A DNA stretch of 64,000 nucleotides from positions 620,001 through 684,000 of the forward strand of contig OY740823.1 of NCBI GenBank assembly GCA_963514005.1, in the 5' to 3' direction. The position numbers were made by a program, and so were the translations under genes. The notes beneath the pieces were generated by a model that made no database searches, was not told where the DNA came from, and saw only the letters and a program-made list of their open reading frames with translations. This DNA comes from Raja brachyura (Eukaryota). Below are positions 26,955-38,409 of this stretch, piece by piece; positions within the stretch are counted from its first letter, which is position 1; every line of letters begins with the position of its first letter.

Positions 26955-28488
26955 CTTTATCTGCTATGATATTATTTAATTTAAATGGTATACCTTTACG
27001 AGTGATAATAGCCGTGCCTCTAGATTTAGAAGTAAATGAAGAGTAGTATATTTGCCAAATCTAATTTGCCTTCAGTCTTATCTGTGTTTGATGTTTCAGA
27101 TGGGTTTCTTGTAAAAAAAAATGATATCACCGTTGAGAGCTTTTAATTGGGCAAAGATATTACCCCTTTTAATTGGTTCATTAGCGCCCCTTATATCCCA
27201 GCTACAGAACGTGATTCCTCCAGTTTTCTTTTGTTTATCGTCTAGCATTATGGATCATGTTAATACCTTTACTTCATATGGTGCAACCAAGAACCTCATA
27301 ACTCTAGGTGAAGGATGGTCATCCCCAGCTGTTAAGTTTTGTTGGCATCTCCCTTTCAGAGTAGACCTTGAAAAATACCAGAAAGTGTAAAGTCGTGAAA
27401 CGATAATTAACAAACAAAAAGTGATATTATAATATCCAAAAATAAAGATATTATATATTTTTTTAAACACCAACAGGTGGTGGAAACATTCTTGTTCACT
27501 TCCGTAAGTGTTTTTATATGTTTCGCTCTGCCCCCTTGACCAATTATTATCAATTGGAAGAGAGCGCGAAACAAAGTTAAAATATATATATATATAATAC
27601 ATTTCTAATCTATCTATTGGAGTGCATATTCAGAGGGGAAAAACAGAATAAAAAAGAGCTTCCAAAATTAAGTACGTACTCTGTTATAACAGTAATTATG
27701 TTAGTCATATATCCATATCTACCGGTATGCCAAGAACTATTACAATTAAGTCTCAACCTTTTGTATCAGACAAAAGCAGGTTCCAAGGGGTTAACGAGAT
27801 TCAGACCCTTGGATAACTTCCAAGTATGTGAGTCTCCTCCTCCTCCCTTTACGCACAATTTAGACTAGATCTACTATATCCATAAAATTTGTTAGTATAT
27901 TATTAATACTTATCAATCATGTTTAACTCGTTATTCTTATATTTAGCAAGTAATTACCATCATGAAATAAACATCAGCCATTATTACGCTGTGCCTTAAT
28001 ATTACACAAGTTTATTAGTTATATTTTATGTTAGTATGTTATTGTGTGTTTCTTAAATCATAAATTTCTATATACAAGTCCATTGATAATATTTGTCCAT
28101 ATTCTCAAAATTCCGTTTGTTTTTTTGTTATTTTCCCCACCACAGTTTTTCTTCTTTTCCAATCCTTTGTTGAAGTGAAACATAAAATCCGATCTTGAGT
28201 TAACATTCCAAAGATAAAATGGCTAGACAACGCCTCGAGGAAAATTCGCCATCATAAACAGAGCAGTCTGTTTTGGTTGTTAAAAAAACACACAGTCCTT
28301 TCTTCGGCGCTTCTCCTCTGTGTTATTGTGGGAGACCGACTCCTGGTGATCAGTAGACCTCCTCTGTGATACTTTGTGCATATTTAAATGCCTCTTCTGG
28401 ATCCGTGAATGCACGTTCAGCAGAGTTATAAGTAATTCTCAATTTCGCGGGATATACTATCCCATATGTTATTCCCGAAACTTCTTTC

Positions 28489-29846
28489 TTTTTTTTACAC
28501 TTTAGTTTTTATTGCTTTTATGTATACACAAATAAAACACAAATATAACAACAAAACATACAACATTACAATGAAACGTACAACAGTGTAGCGGGGGTTC
28601 AGTTTACAATTAATGATGCAGTATACAGAACTATTTTCATATTAAAACATTTTCCAATAACTTACATTATTGTCTATAAAATTATACAATGTTGATTTCT
28701 ATACCTAATCCATTTTTCCCATTTTCTATTAAACTCGTCCTCTCTCACTCTTAGAGAATATGTCATTTTCTCCATGACAAATATTTCCTGTACTATGTCT
28801 AACCATTGTCTGAGTCTGGGTGTGTCCGCTCCAAGCCAGTTTCTTGTGATAGCCTTCCTGCCAGTTGTGAGTAGGATTTTAACCAAGTAATGGTCTTCCT
28901 TCAGCACCACTGTATTTATATTACCCAGGTATAAAATGGAACATTTCATGCAGACTGTATATCCTAATACCTCCGTTAAGTTACAGAGAACGGTTGAACA
29001 AGTTAGGTCTTTATTCTTTGGAGCGCAGAAGGTTAAGGGGGGACTTGATTGAAGTATTTAAAATGATGAAAGGGATAGACAGAGTTGACGTGGATAAGCT
29101 TTTCCCATTGAGGGTAGGGAAGATTCAAACAAGAGGGCATGACATGAGAATTAAGGGACAGGGGTTTAGGGGTAACATGAGGGGGAACTTCTTTACTCAG
29201 AGAGTGGTGGCTGTGTGGAATGATATTCCAGCAGAAGTGGTGGAGGCAGGATCGATTTTAACATTTAAAAGTAAAGTGGATAGGTATATGGACGGGTTGG
29301 GAATGGAGGGGTATGGTCTGAGTGCATGTAGATGGGACTAGGGGAAAATAAATGGTCGGCACGGACTGGAAGGGCCGAGTAGGCCTGTTTCCGTGCTGTA
29401 ATTGTTATATGGTTATATGGTTATATAATTCTGAATTCACTCTGACCTAAAATGGTTCTATTTTTGGGCAACTCCAGAAGATATGTGCATGATTTGCGTC
29501 TGTTTGACCAGATTGCCTCCAGCAGGTTTGCTGCCTTGAAATTTACTTGTTTTTTATGTTAGGCGTAATAAAGAAACGAATCAAAATTTTCCCATTAAAA
29601 TTATCTCCAATTTTGTGAATTAGTGAATGTCTGTAGTGTTAGACACTTATGCTGCCATTCTTCTTCTGAGATTGCCATATTCAATTCCTTTTCCCACTTA
29701 AAATGTACATAAAATGCAGTTTTAGCTTGACATTCCATTAAACTATGATAACGTTTAGAAATAATCCTTAATGTTTTTTGATGATATGCACCAGTTGCCT
29801 CCATTTTTACCTTTTTATTGTAATAATCTCTCAGTTGAAGGTATCT
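28489..29846 (-). mobile_element. 3' fragment of a second L1 inserted in ORF1 of the host L1
   Basis: A-rich tail at 28489, ORF2 C-terminal CWR..HIFWSCP knuckle and KWEKW. Near-perfect 11-bp TSD aaacttctttc / aaacctctttc. Confidence 0.85.
28981..29427 (+). mobile_element. CR1 3' end inserted into the inner L1
   Basis: LGLYSLERRRLRGDLIEVFK..FFTQRVV plus an (ATATGGTT)n tail. Confidence 0.9.
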
Positions 29847-30936
29847 AAACCTCTTTCAGTAGTCTTCTCGTCTTTGTAAACTTGTCCCTCTTTTCCTTGA
29901 CTTCAGCTGGAAAATCACGGAAGAATCTTAGTTTATCTACTCCAAACATCAAATTCACTCCATATGGAGTTTGTTTCATAATTCCTTCCAGGGTTGAAAT
30001 GTCATAGAATTTCACAATAATCTGGCTTGGTGGGGGGCAGATGGGCTTGCTTGATCCCTTGTGTCGGACCCGATCAGCCCTATCTATTATCGGGGCTTCG
30101 GACAGTTTAAGTACTTGTTTGAGTAAGTTGGCAGCAAACTCCTGAAGATGTTGTCCACTCTCCTTTCTTTCTTTTACTCCAATTATTCTCAGGTTTTGCC
30201 TCCTCGATCTCGCTTCCAAGTCCATACATTTATTCTTCATTTTAGTATGTTCCCTCCCAGTGCTTTCTTGTTCTTTTTTAGTCTCTTTATCTCCTTAGTC
30301 ATATCGGTTATCGTAGTATACATTCCTTCCATAGCCGCATCAGTAGACTTAAGCATTGCATCCAGCTTTTTATTACAGTCCTTATCAACCCGCTTAATTT
30401 TGTTGTTTAAATCCTCCTCAATCTCGACCACACGTTTGCTTTTCATCAATTTTCCCCATCAGCGTATCATTGCCTTGTTTAATTTTTTCAGAGAGTCTTT
30501 TGTCCAGCGCGACATTCCCCTCTCGTATCACTTTAGAAATAATTTCAGTGACTGAAGCTGATACTGACTTTTCCAGTTGTTCCATTTGTTCCCTTTGTTC
30601 CTCCATTGAAGTAATTTCTGTAGAAGGATTTCGAGAGTCAGCCTCTTCTTCTGAGCTTCCAGCTGATATTAGAGGGGATTCAGCAGTCTTTCCAGGTTTT
30701 TTCAAGTAGGCTCTTGTAGCAGGTCTTGCAACAGCTTTTGCAGGCTTCTGGCGGGGTTTCCCTTTTTTCATTTAAAACTGCCGTTATTCTCCGTTATCAG
30801 CAGGATTTCTGATAACACACAATTAAATAACAGCTCCGGTAGTTATTTCCAGAACTCCCCAATCTTCCAACTCGTATTTCAGCACATTAATGCATTCTTC
30901 GGGAGCGGACCAAAACAGCAGCGTCTCTCAACCCCC

Positions 30937-32184
30937 CATTGACATTTCTTCTTTGCGAAAAATAAATTTAACTTCACACGATGGATGCCTCTCACAGTTT
31001 TCTAGATCAATAGACCATGCAAGGAAAGTCACAGGGACAGACGGTGTAGGGTCACTGTGGATTGAGTTGAGGAATTGTAAAGGCAAGAAGACACTAATTG
31101 GTGTTATTTACAGATCCCCAAATAGTAGCCCGTATGTAGGGTGTAAGTTGCAGCACGAGTAAAAACTGGCAAGTAACAAAGGTAATGCCACTATGGTGAT
31201 GGGGTATTTCAAAATGCAGGTTGACTGGGAAAATCAGGTTGGTTCAGAACCCCAAGAAAGAGAATTTGGCGAATGCCTCACAGATGGATTCTTAAAGCAG
31301 ATTGTAATGGAGCCGATCAGAGAAAAGGCAATTCTGGATTTAGTGTTGTCTAATGAACCAGATATGATAGGAGAACTAGAGGTAAAGGAAGCGCTTGGAA
31401 GTAGTGATCATAATATGATTAGTTTTAAGCTGCAATTTAAGGAGTACATTATATCAGAAGTAGCAGTGATGCAGTTGAACAAAGGGGACTATGAAGGAAT
31501 GAGAGGGGAGCTGGCCAAGGTAGACTGGAAAGGGATCCCAGCAGGAATGATGGTGCAACAGCAATGGCAGGAATTTCTGGGCATAATCCGGAAGGCGCAG
31601 GATCATTTAATTCCAAAAAGGAAGAAAGGTTCTAAGGGGAGTAGGAGGCACCCTTGTCTGACAAGGTAAGTTAGGGATAGAATACAACTAAAAGAAAAGA
31701 TGTATAACACAACAAAGAGTTATCGGAAGCCAGAGGATTGGGAAACGTTCATAGAACAACAGAAGGAAACGAAACGGGCAATATGGACTGAAAAGATGAA
31801 CGACGAGGGGAAGGTGTCCAGGAATAGAAAGAAGGACAGTAAAAGTGTATTTAGATATGTTAAGGGAAAAAGAGTAGCAACGTGAAGTGTGGGTCCCTTG
31901 AAGGCAGACACGGGTGACATTATTATGGGGAACAAGGAAGTGGCAGAAGAGTTGAATAGGGAGTTCGGATCGGTCTTCACTAAGGGAGACACAAACAATC
32001 TCCCAGATGTACTGAACGACAGAGGATCTAAGGGGGTAGAGGAACTGAACTACATTTTCATTGGGCGAGAAATAGTATTGGGTAGGCTAATGGGACTGAA
32101 GGAAGAGAAATCCCCTGGGCCTGATGGTCTGCATCCCAGGGTCCTAAGGGAGGTGGCTCGAGAAATAGTGGACGAATTGGTGAT
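30937..32184 (+). repeat. Remnant of the copy C intron between the third and fourth Ig exons (paralog of 6148-7393)
   Basis: ttgacatttcttctttgcgaaaaat..cttcacacgatggatgcctctcacag plus the same CR1 junction as copy A. Ends at an N-gap. Confidence 0.88.
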
Positions 32185-32769
32185 NNNNNNNNNNNNNNNN
32201 NNNNNNNNNNNNNNNNNNNNNNNNNNNNNNNNNNNNNNNNNNNNNNNNNNNNNNNNNNNNNNNNNNNNNNNNNNNNNNNNNNNNNNNNNNNNNNNNNNNN
32301 NNNNNNNNNNNNNNNNNNNNNNNNNNNNNNNNNNNNNNNNNNNNNNNNNNNNNNNNNNNNNNNNNNNNNNNNNNNNNNNNNNNNNNNNNNNNNNNNNNNN
32401 NNNNNNNNNNNNNNNNNNNNNNNNNNNNNNNNNNNNNNNNNNNNNNNNNNNNNNNNNNNNNNNNNNNNNNNNNNNNNNNNNNNNNNNNNNNNNNNNNNNN
32501 ATAGAATGAATATAATTGAGAGTCCGACTGGATGTGTATGCTAAATGAGACTGCCGCAGAAGTCCAGGGTTTCACTGGGTCCTGAACCCGCCTAGTTAAT
32601 GGTGAGGGCAGATCCTGTGCGTTTAACGCTGCACCATTTTTGGCTCAGGATTGTAGCTTGAAAGGGTGTGCCTGGCTCGTATATCTCCAATCACTTTGGT
32701 GGAAGACCATAGAATAGTACAAAACAAAACAGGAATTTTTCGGCCCAAAAAAGGGAACAGGGCCAGCTG

Positions 32770-35700
32770 GACAGAAGGGCATGTTCCCGATGTGTATGAC
32801 TCTACAACATCTACAGCAATGATAGTCCAGACGAAATTTCCACATGAAAAACCCAAACCAGTTGCCACTGATCGGCTATCAGCTAATACAGAGGCTTGGA
32901 AACGTTTCCATACCCCTTGAACTTTTCCACATTTTGTCACGTTACAACCACAAACGTAAATGTATTTTATTGGGATTTTATCTGATAGACCAACACAAAG
33001 TGGTGCATCATTGCGAAGTGGAAGGAAAATGATTCATGGTTTCCAAATTTTATTACAAATAAAAAACTGAAAAGTGTGGCATGCAAAGGTATTCAGTCCC
33101 CCTGAGTCAATACTTTGTAGAACCACCTTTCGCTGCAGTTACAGCTGCAAGTCATTTGGGGGTATGTCTTTGCCAGCTTTGCACATATAAGACTAAATGT
33201 TTTGCCCATTCTTCTTTGGAAAATAGCTCAAGCTCAGTGAGATTGGATGGAGAGCGTCTGTGAACAGGCATTTTCAAGTCTTGCCAGAGATTCTCAATTG
33301 GATTTAGGTCTGGACTTTGACTGGGCCATTCTAACACATGAATATGCTTTGATCTAAACCATTCCATTGTAGCGCTGGCTGTATGTTTAGGGTCGTTGTC
33401 CTGCTGGAAGATGAACCTCCGCCCCAGTCTCAAGTCTTTTGCAGAATCTAACAGGTTTTCTTCCAAGATTGCACTGTATTTGGGTCCATCCATCTTCCCA
33501 TCAACTCTGACAATCTTCCCTGTCCCTGCTGAAGAAAAACATCCCCACAGCATGATGTTGCCACCACCGTGTTTCACAGCGGGGACGGTGTGTTCAGGGT
33601 GATGTATAGTGTTAGTTTTTCGCCACAAAATAGCGTTTTGCATTTAGGCCAAAAAATGCAATTATGGTCTCATCAGACCAGAGCACCTTCCTCCACATGT
33701 TTGCTGTGTCCCCCACATGGCTTGTGGCAAACGGCAAACGGGACTTCTTATGGCTTTGTTTCAACAATGGCTTTCTTCTTTCCACTCGTCCATAAAAACC
33801 AGATTTGTGGAGTGCACGACTAATAGTTGTCCTGTGGACAGATTCTCCCACCTCTGCTGTGGATCTCTGCAGCTCCTCCAGAGTTACCATGGGCCTCTTG
33901 GCTGCTTCTCTGATCAATGCTCTCCTTGCCCGGCCTGTCAGTTTAGGTGGACGGCCATGTCTTGGTAGGTTTTCAGTTGTGCCATACACTTTCCATTTTC
34001 GGATGATGGATTGAACAGTGCTCCGTGAGATGTTCAAAGCTTGGGATATTTTTTTATAACCTAACCCTGCTTTAAATTTCTCCTCAACTTTATCCCTGTC
34101 CTGTCTGGTGTGTTCCTTGGGCTTAATGATGCTGTTTGTTCACTAATGTTCTCTAACAAACCTCTGAGGCTTTCACAGAACAGCTGTATTGATACTGAGA
34201 TTATATTACACACAAATGCACTCTATTTACTAATTAGGTGACTTCTGAAGGCAATTGGTTGCACTGGATTTTATTTAGGGGTATCAGAGTAAAGGGGCGG
34301 AATAGTTTTGCACGCCACACTTTACAGTTTTTTATTTGTAAAAAAATGTGAAAACCATGTATCATTTTCCTTCCACTTCACAATTATGCGCTACTTTGTG
34401 TTGGTCTATCACATAAAATCCCAACAAAATACATTTACGTTTGTGGTTGTAACGTGATAACATGTGGGAAAGTTCACGGGGTATGAAAACTTTCGCAAGC
34501 CACTGTAAATAGGCAAACTGCTGCAGAACATCGATATTTGGGGAAGGCAAGAGACTGCAAATTCTGAAGTCTCCAATAAAAGATAAACTGCTGGGGAAAC
34601 TCGGCGTGTCGGGTGGAATGCTTGGAGGATAATGGACAGACGACATTTAGGGGCGTGCCTTTCTTCAGACTGGTCCATTTTTCTCCTCGCATTCTTCCTG
34701 GCCCACTGAGTTCCTCCAGAAGTTTGCCTTTTACTCGAGATTACAGCACCTGCTGTCTCTTACCTATCCCAATTACGTATGTTCGGCCCTTTATGTCTGT
34801 AATTTAGCAGGATATTCATCGCCGCCCTTCGTGAAAATCGGCACTATGCTTGCCCCCCTGCAATCGTACTATTTTGTCCGCTTGCAAATGCGTGCTCAAG
34901 ACGGTTCCGTTTGTCCCAGAACCATATTTTAGTTATTTTAGGAAGGAGATGAGGAAACATTTCTTTAGTTAGGCGTTGGTGAATCTGTGGAATTCGTTGC
35001 CACAGAAAGCTGAAGAGGCCAACTCAGTTGATACTGTTAAGGCAGAGAGGATAGGTTTTTAATTAGTTCAGGTGTCAGAGGTCATGGGGAGAAGGCAGGA
35101 GAATGGAGTTGGGAGGAAGAGATAGATAGCCATAAGTGAATGGCGAAGACGATGGGCCGAATGGTCTAATCATATTCCTATCACATGACCTTATGACTTA
35201 TGAACCACTTTGGCCTTTTGGAAAAGCATGTCTGCATTGACAAATGTCTCAGTATTGCCTCTACAGTGTTCAGTCGGTTTTGAAATCTGATCTCTGTCCT
35301 TAAAAGCCCGCCGGCACATGTGGATGAGAATTACCTCCAAGGTTGGTCACGTGTTGTTTCATCCTTCATGGTTACTTAGGGAATCCGGTTTTGCAGGGCC
35401 TTTTAAGAATGGCGTGTCTCTATGGCGGGGGCGGGATTTCCGACCATTTAGCCTCCTCGGAAGGTTGGAAATGCTGGACCGGTACGTTTTCCACATTACT
35501 GGAGAATATCCAACACGTTTTAAATTAATTTAATTTTGGTCTGCGCCATGGCGCAACTGGTAGAGTTGCTACACTCTCGCCGCCACAGAAGTGGTTTCTA
35601 TCCTGCCCGTGTTTATTTCTGTTAATTGTAATTTAGTGCATGGTCACTTTTACCGAGGTACTGTTAAAAAGCTTTTTTTGGTCGCTTGATATCAAGTAAG

Positions 35701-37370
35701 CAAAACGACTGTTCATTATTACGGTCATGCCGTCCATAACGGACAGGTACAGAACAGTGAATATCATGTTTAAACCGCGTACGTTTAATCCGGGTCTCCC
35801 GGTTTCCTCCCGCATCTAAAAGCCGCGTGAGTGTGTCGAGTAGCTGGTCTTTACAAAGTGCCTCCAATGTGTGGGGAGTCGACGTGATGGTGCGATAACA
35901 TAGAAATATTATAACTAGGCGATCTATGTTCAGCGTTGGATCGTTGGGCCATGGGTGCTGTTTTTCATGACAACAATCAGGTTCTTTCACAATGCAGCAC
36001 AGTGACGAGGCGGGTAGAGTTGCTGCGTCACTGCACCAAAGACCCGGGTTCCATCCTCAGCCTTGTGGGTTTGTACGCGCTCCCTGTGTCCTCGCTTCTT
36101 CGTGGAGTTCCCGTTTCCTCTTGCACTCCAAATACTGCAGCTTTGATAGGCCACCGTAAATTGCCCCTTATGTGTAGGAAATGGGTGGAGCTAACGTAAG
36201 TTGTATAAGACGTTGGTGTGACCGCATTTAGAGGATTGTGTTCAGTACTTGACACCAAGTTATTGGAAAGATGTTGTCAAGCTGGAAAGGGTACAGAGAA
36301 GATTTACGATGATATTGCCAGAATCAGATGGTCTGAGTTGCAGGGATGGGTTGACATGACTGGGATTCTATTCCCTGACAAGCATGGTGGATGAGGGGTG
36401 ATATTATAGAGGTCTATAAAATCATGAGAGGAATAGATCGGGTTGAAGGGCAGAAGTTTAGGGTTAACAGGAGGGGGAACTTCTTCACTCAGGGAGTGGT
36501 AGCTGTGTGGAATGAGCTCCCAGTGGAAGTGGTAGATGCAGGTTCGATTTTATCATTTAAAAATAAATTAGGTAGGTATATGGACGGGAAAGGAATGCAG
36601 GGTTATGGTCTGAGTGCAGGTAGATGGGAGTAGGTTAGGATAAGTGGTCGGCAGGGACTAGAAGGGCCGAGATGGCCTGTTTCCGTGCTGTAATTGTTAT
36701 ATGGTTATGTGGTTATCGAGGTGCACAGAGTGTCTTCTCCAGAGTAGGTGAATCGAGAACCAGAGGACATAGATTTAAGTTGAAGGAGAAAATATTTAAT
36801 AAGAATCTGAGGGAGAACGTTTTCACACAAATGGTGTTTTTTTCTTCGTTTTTTTATTTCACTTTTATTGTGATAATTACTTTATTGGTTATTTGCTTAA
36901 TTGACATTATCCATTCGCGTAGAGTTTGTAGATCCGTTATGCCGCATCAAAAACGAATTTCGTTGTTCCATTGACTGTGCATACTACAGTTAAATCCTTT
37001 TGATTCTTGATTCACAATATTGATTTATGTGACGCTTTTCATTGAATTCATGTCTCACTTTCTCCTGGAATCGAAACAGAAAGAGTAGTGCTACAGCTGA
37101 CAAATTCTGGATTTAATGTGTTATGCTGGGATGGAAAATTCCACCTGCAATTGATGTCATAAACTATTGACAATGAAAGTTCGAAATCCGCGAGTTTGTG
37201 AACAGGGCACGGTGCTCGAGTCAGTCTTGGCAACAGCGCTGCCTGATTGCGTGCCTTCTGACTATTTACCAATGTCAGTTGCAGCTCAATGGGCTGCACT
37301 CTTGACCTCGTGTTCGCGTCCCACTCTCCCTGACGCTTTCTCGCTCTATTCCAGTCTATTTATTTCAAAA
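32770..37370 (-). repeat. Intergenic segment of copy D, direct duplicate of ~58832-62297
   Basis: 34508-37366 is colinear with 59670-62297, and 32770-32886 matches 58832-58882 plus 59601-59666. Confidence 0.9.
32889..34505 (-). mobile_element. Full-length Tc1-family (Passport-like, DD34E) DNA transposon with an inactivated transposase
   Basis: ~210-bp TIRs (cagaggcttgga.. / ..gcaagccactg) and flanking TA at 32887-8 and 34506-7. Transposase ~34127-33108 has [26 protein letters not shown] and GGSTKY motifs, with start ATG>ATT, frameshifts and a stop. Confidence 0.96.
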
Positions 37371-37384
37371 TGTTGTATACTGAG

Positions 37385-37620
37385 ATCTCTCTCTACCTCT
37401 CTCCCTCTCGCCCTCCCTCTCCCCCTCACTCTCTTCCTCCCTCTCCCTTCCCTTGCTCTCTCTTGCTCTATCTTGCTCCCTTTCTCCCTCCCTCCCGTTC
37501 TCCCGCCGTCTCCATCCCTTTCCGTCCTCCTTCCCTCTCTCTCCCCCATTCACCTCCCACTCCCTCTTTCTCTCTCGCTCTTTCCTCACTGTTCCTTCCT
37601 CCCCACCCCCCTCCCCCATA
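37385..37620. repeat. CT-rich low-complexity tract (equivalent positions in copies B and C are N-gaps)
   Basis: Polypyrimidine tract. The flank matches the sequence next to gaps 15647-15853 and 62298-62573. Confidence 0.85.
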
Positions 37621-38041
37621 AAAAAAATCATGACTTCATGTCTCAGACCACAAATCCCCATTGATACTTGTCCTCCACGAATCCCAGGTTATTCGTTCCA
37701 CATTCCAATCAACTTCCCCGCAGGTCCCGCAACTCAACCCCCTACGCCTTTACTCCCACTCGGAAAGTGCATGACCGCGCACTTTGCTGCGATGTATTCC
37801 ATCTCCCACCCAGTCACACGGAGAACTCGAAAACTCCACACAGTCAAAGGCGGAGGTCGGAACTAGCCCGGTCGCTCGAGCCGCAAGGCGGAGGCTTTGC
37901 CCGTTGTGCAGGGTTTACGTGTGTCGTTTGCAACAGCAAGAGGCTGGAATGCCTGCTGCTACTTCAATTTGGCATGTTCTCCTCCCGCCAACCACAACCT
38001 CTTCCAATTCCGTCGCGTTCATCTTTACACTCAGTTCTTAC

Positions 38042-38341
38042 CGTCTCCCGTCCGATCGACTACCCGGACCTCCAGTTCCGCCCGCCACTGAGTGTTAGAT
38101 GCCGAGAGGTTCACAGTCTCCATCGTCAGGTTTGCCCCGCGGACGATCAGTCTGAGGAACACCCGCGATCCGACGCGAAGGCTTTCTGCCTGAACGTCCC
38201 CGGCCGTGTCCGTCATCGTGGCCGTCCGGTTCAGGAATCCCCATGTGACGTTGACGGGGGAGTTGGATTGCACAATGCCGCGGCAGTTCACGTTGGTGGG
38301 ATACCTCGAGCATCGCGCCCAGGACATACCGGCCGCTTCAT
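38042..38341 (-). CDS. Copy B, fourth Ig-like exon resembling MAG domain 5 (300 nt)
   Basis: gaccttacag| ... GAC G|gtaaga, phase 1-1 and open. CSRYPTNVNCRGIVQSNSPVNVTW..NRT resembles MAG d5 (CAAARDTVQCLCVVKSNP..RNVTV). A paralogous exon lies at 8478-8710. Confidence 0.82.
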
Positions 38342-38409
38342 CTGTAAGGTCTTGGGGGAAAAAACGAATTTATACAATCGTCCACCATTAATGCAAATGT
38401 CCATTCAAA

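Larger units (their letters stand above)
22595..30936 (-). mobile_element. Degenerate L1-clade LINE (5'UTR, ORF1, inter-ORF, ORF2 EN to RT), 3'-truncated at YAD, hosting nested insertions
   Basis: ORF1 from 30771 (LEARSRRQNLRIIG; YPAKLRI at ~28440). ORF2 EN (LQETHL, NIYTPN, SDHSP) is split by the CR1. RT RGNRQGCALSPLLF..SLYAD at 22816-22630. Confidence 0.9.
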
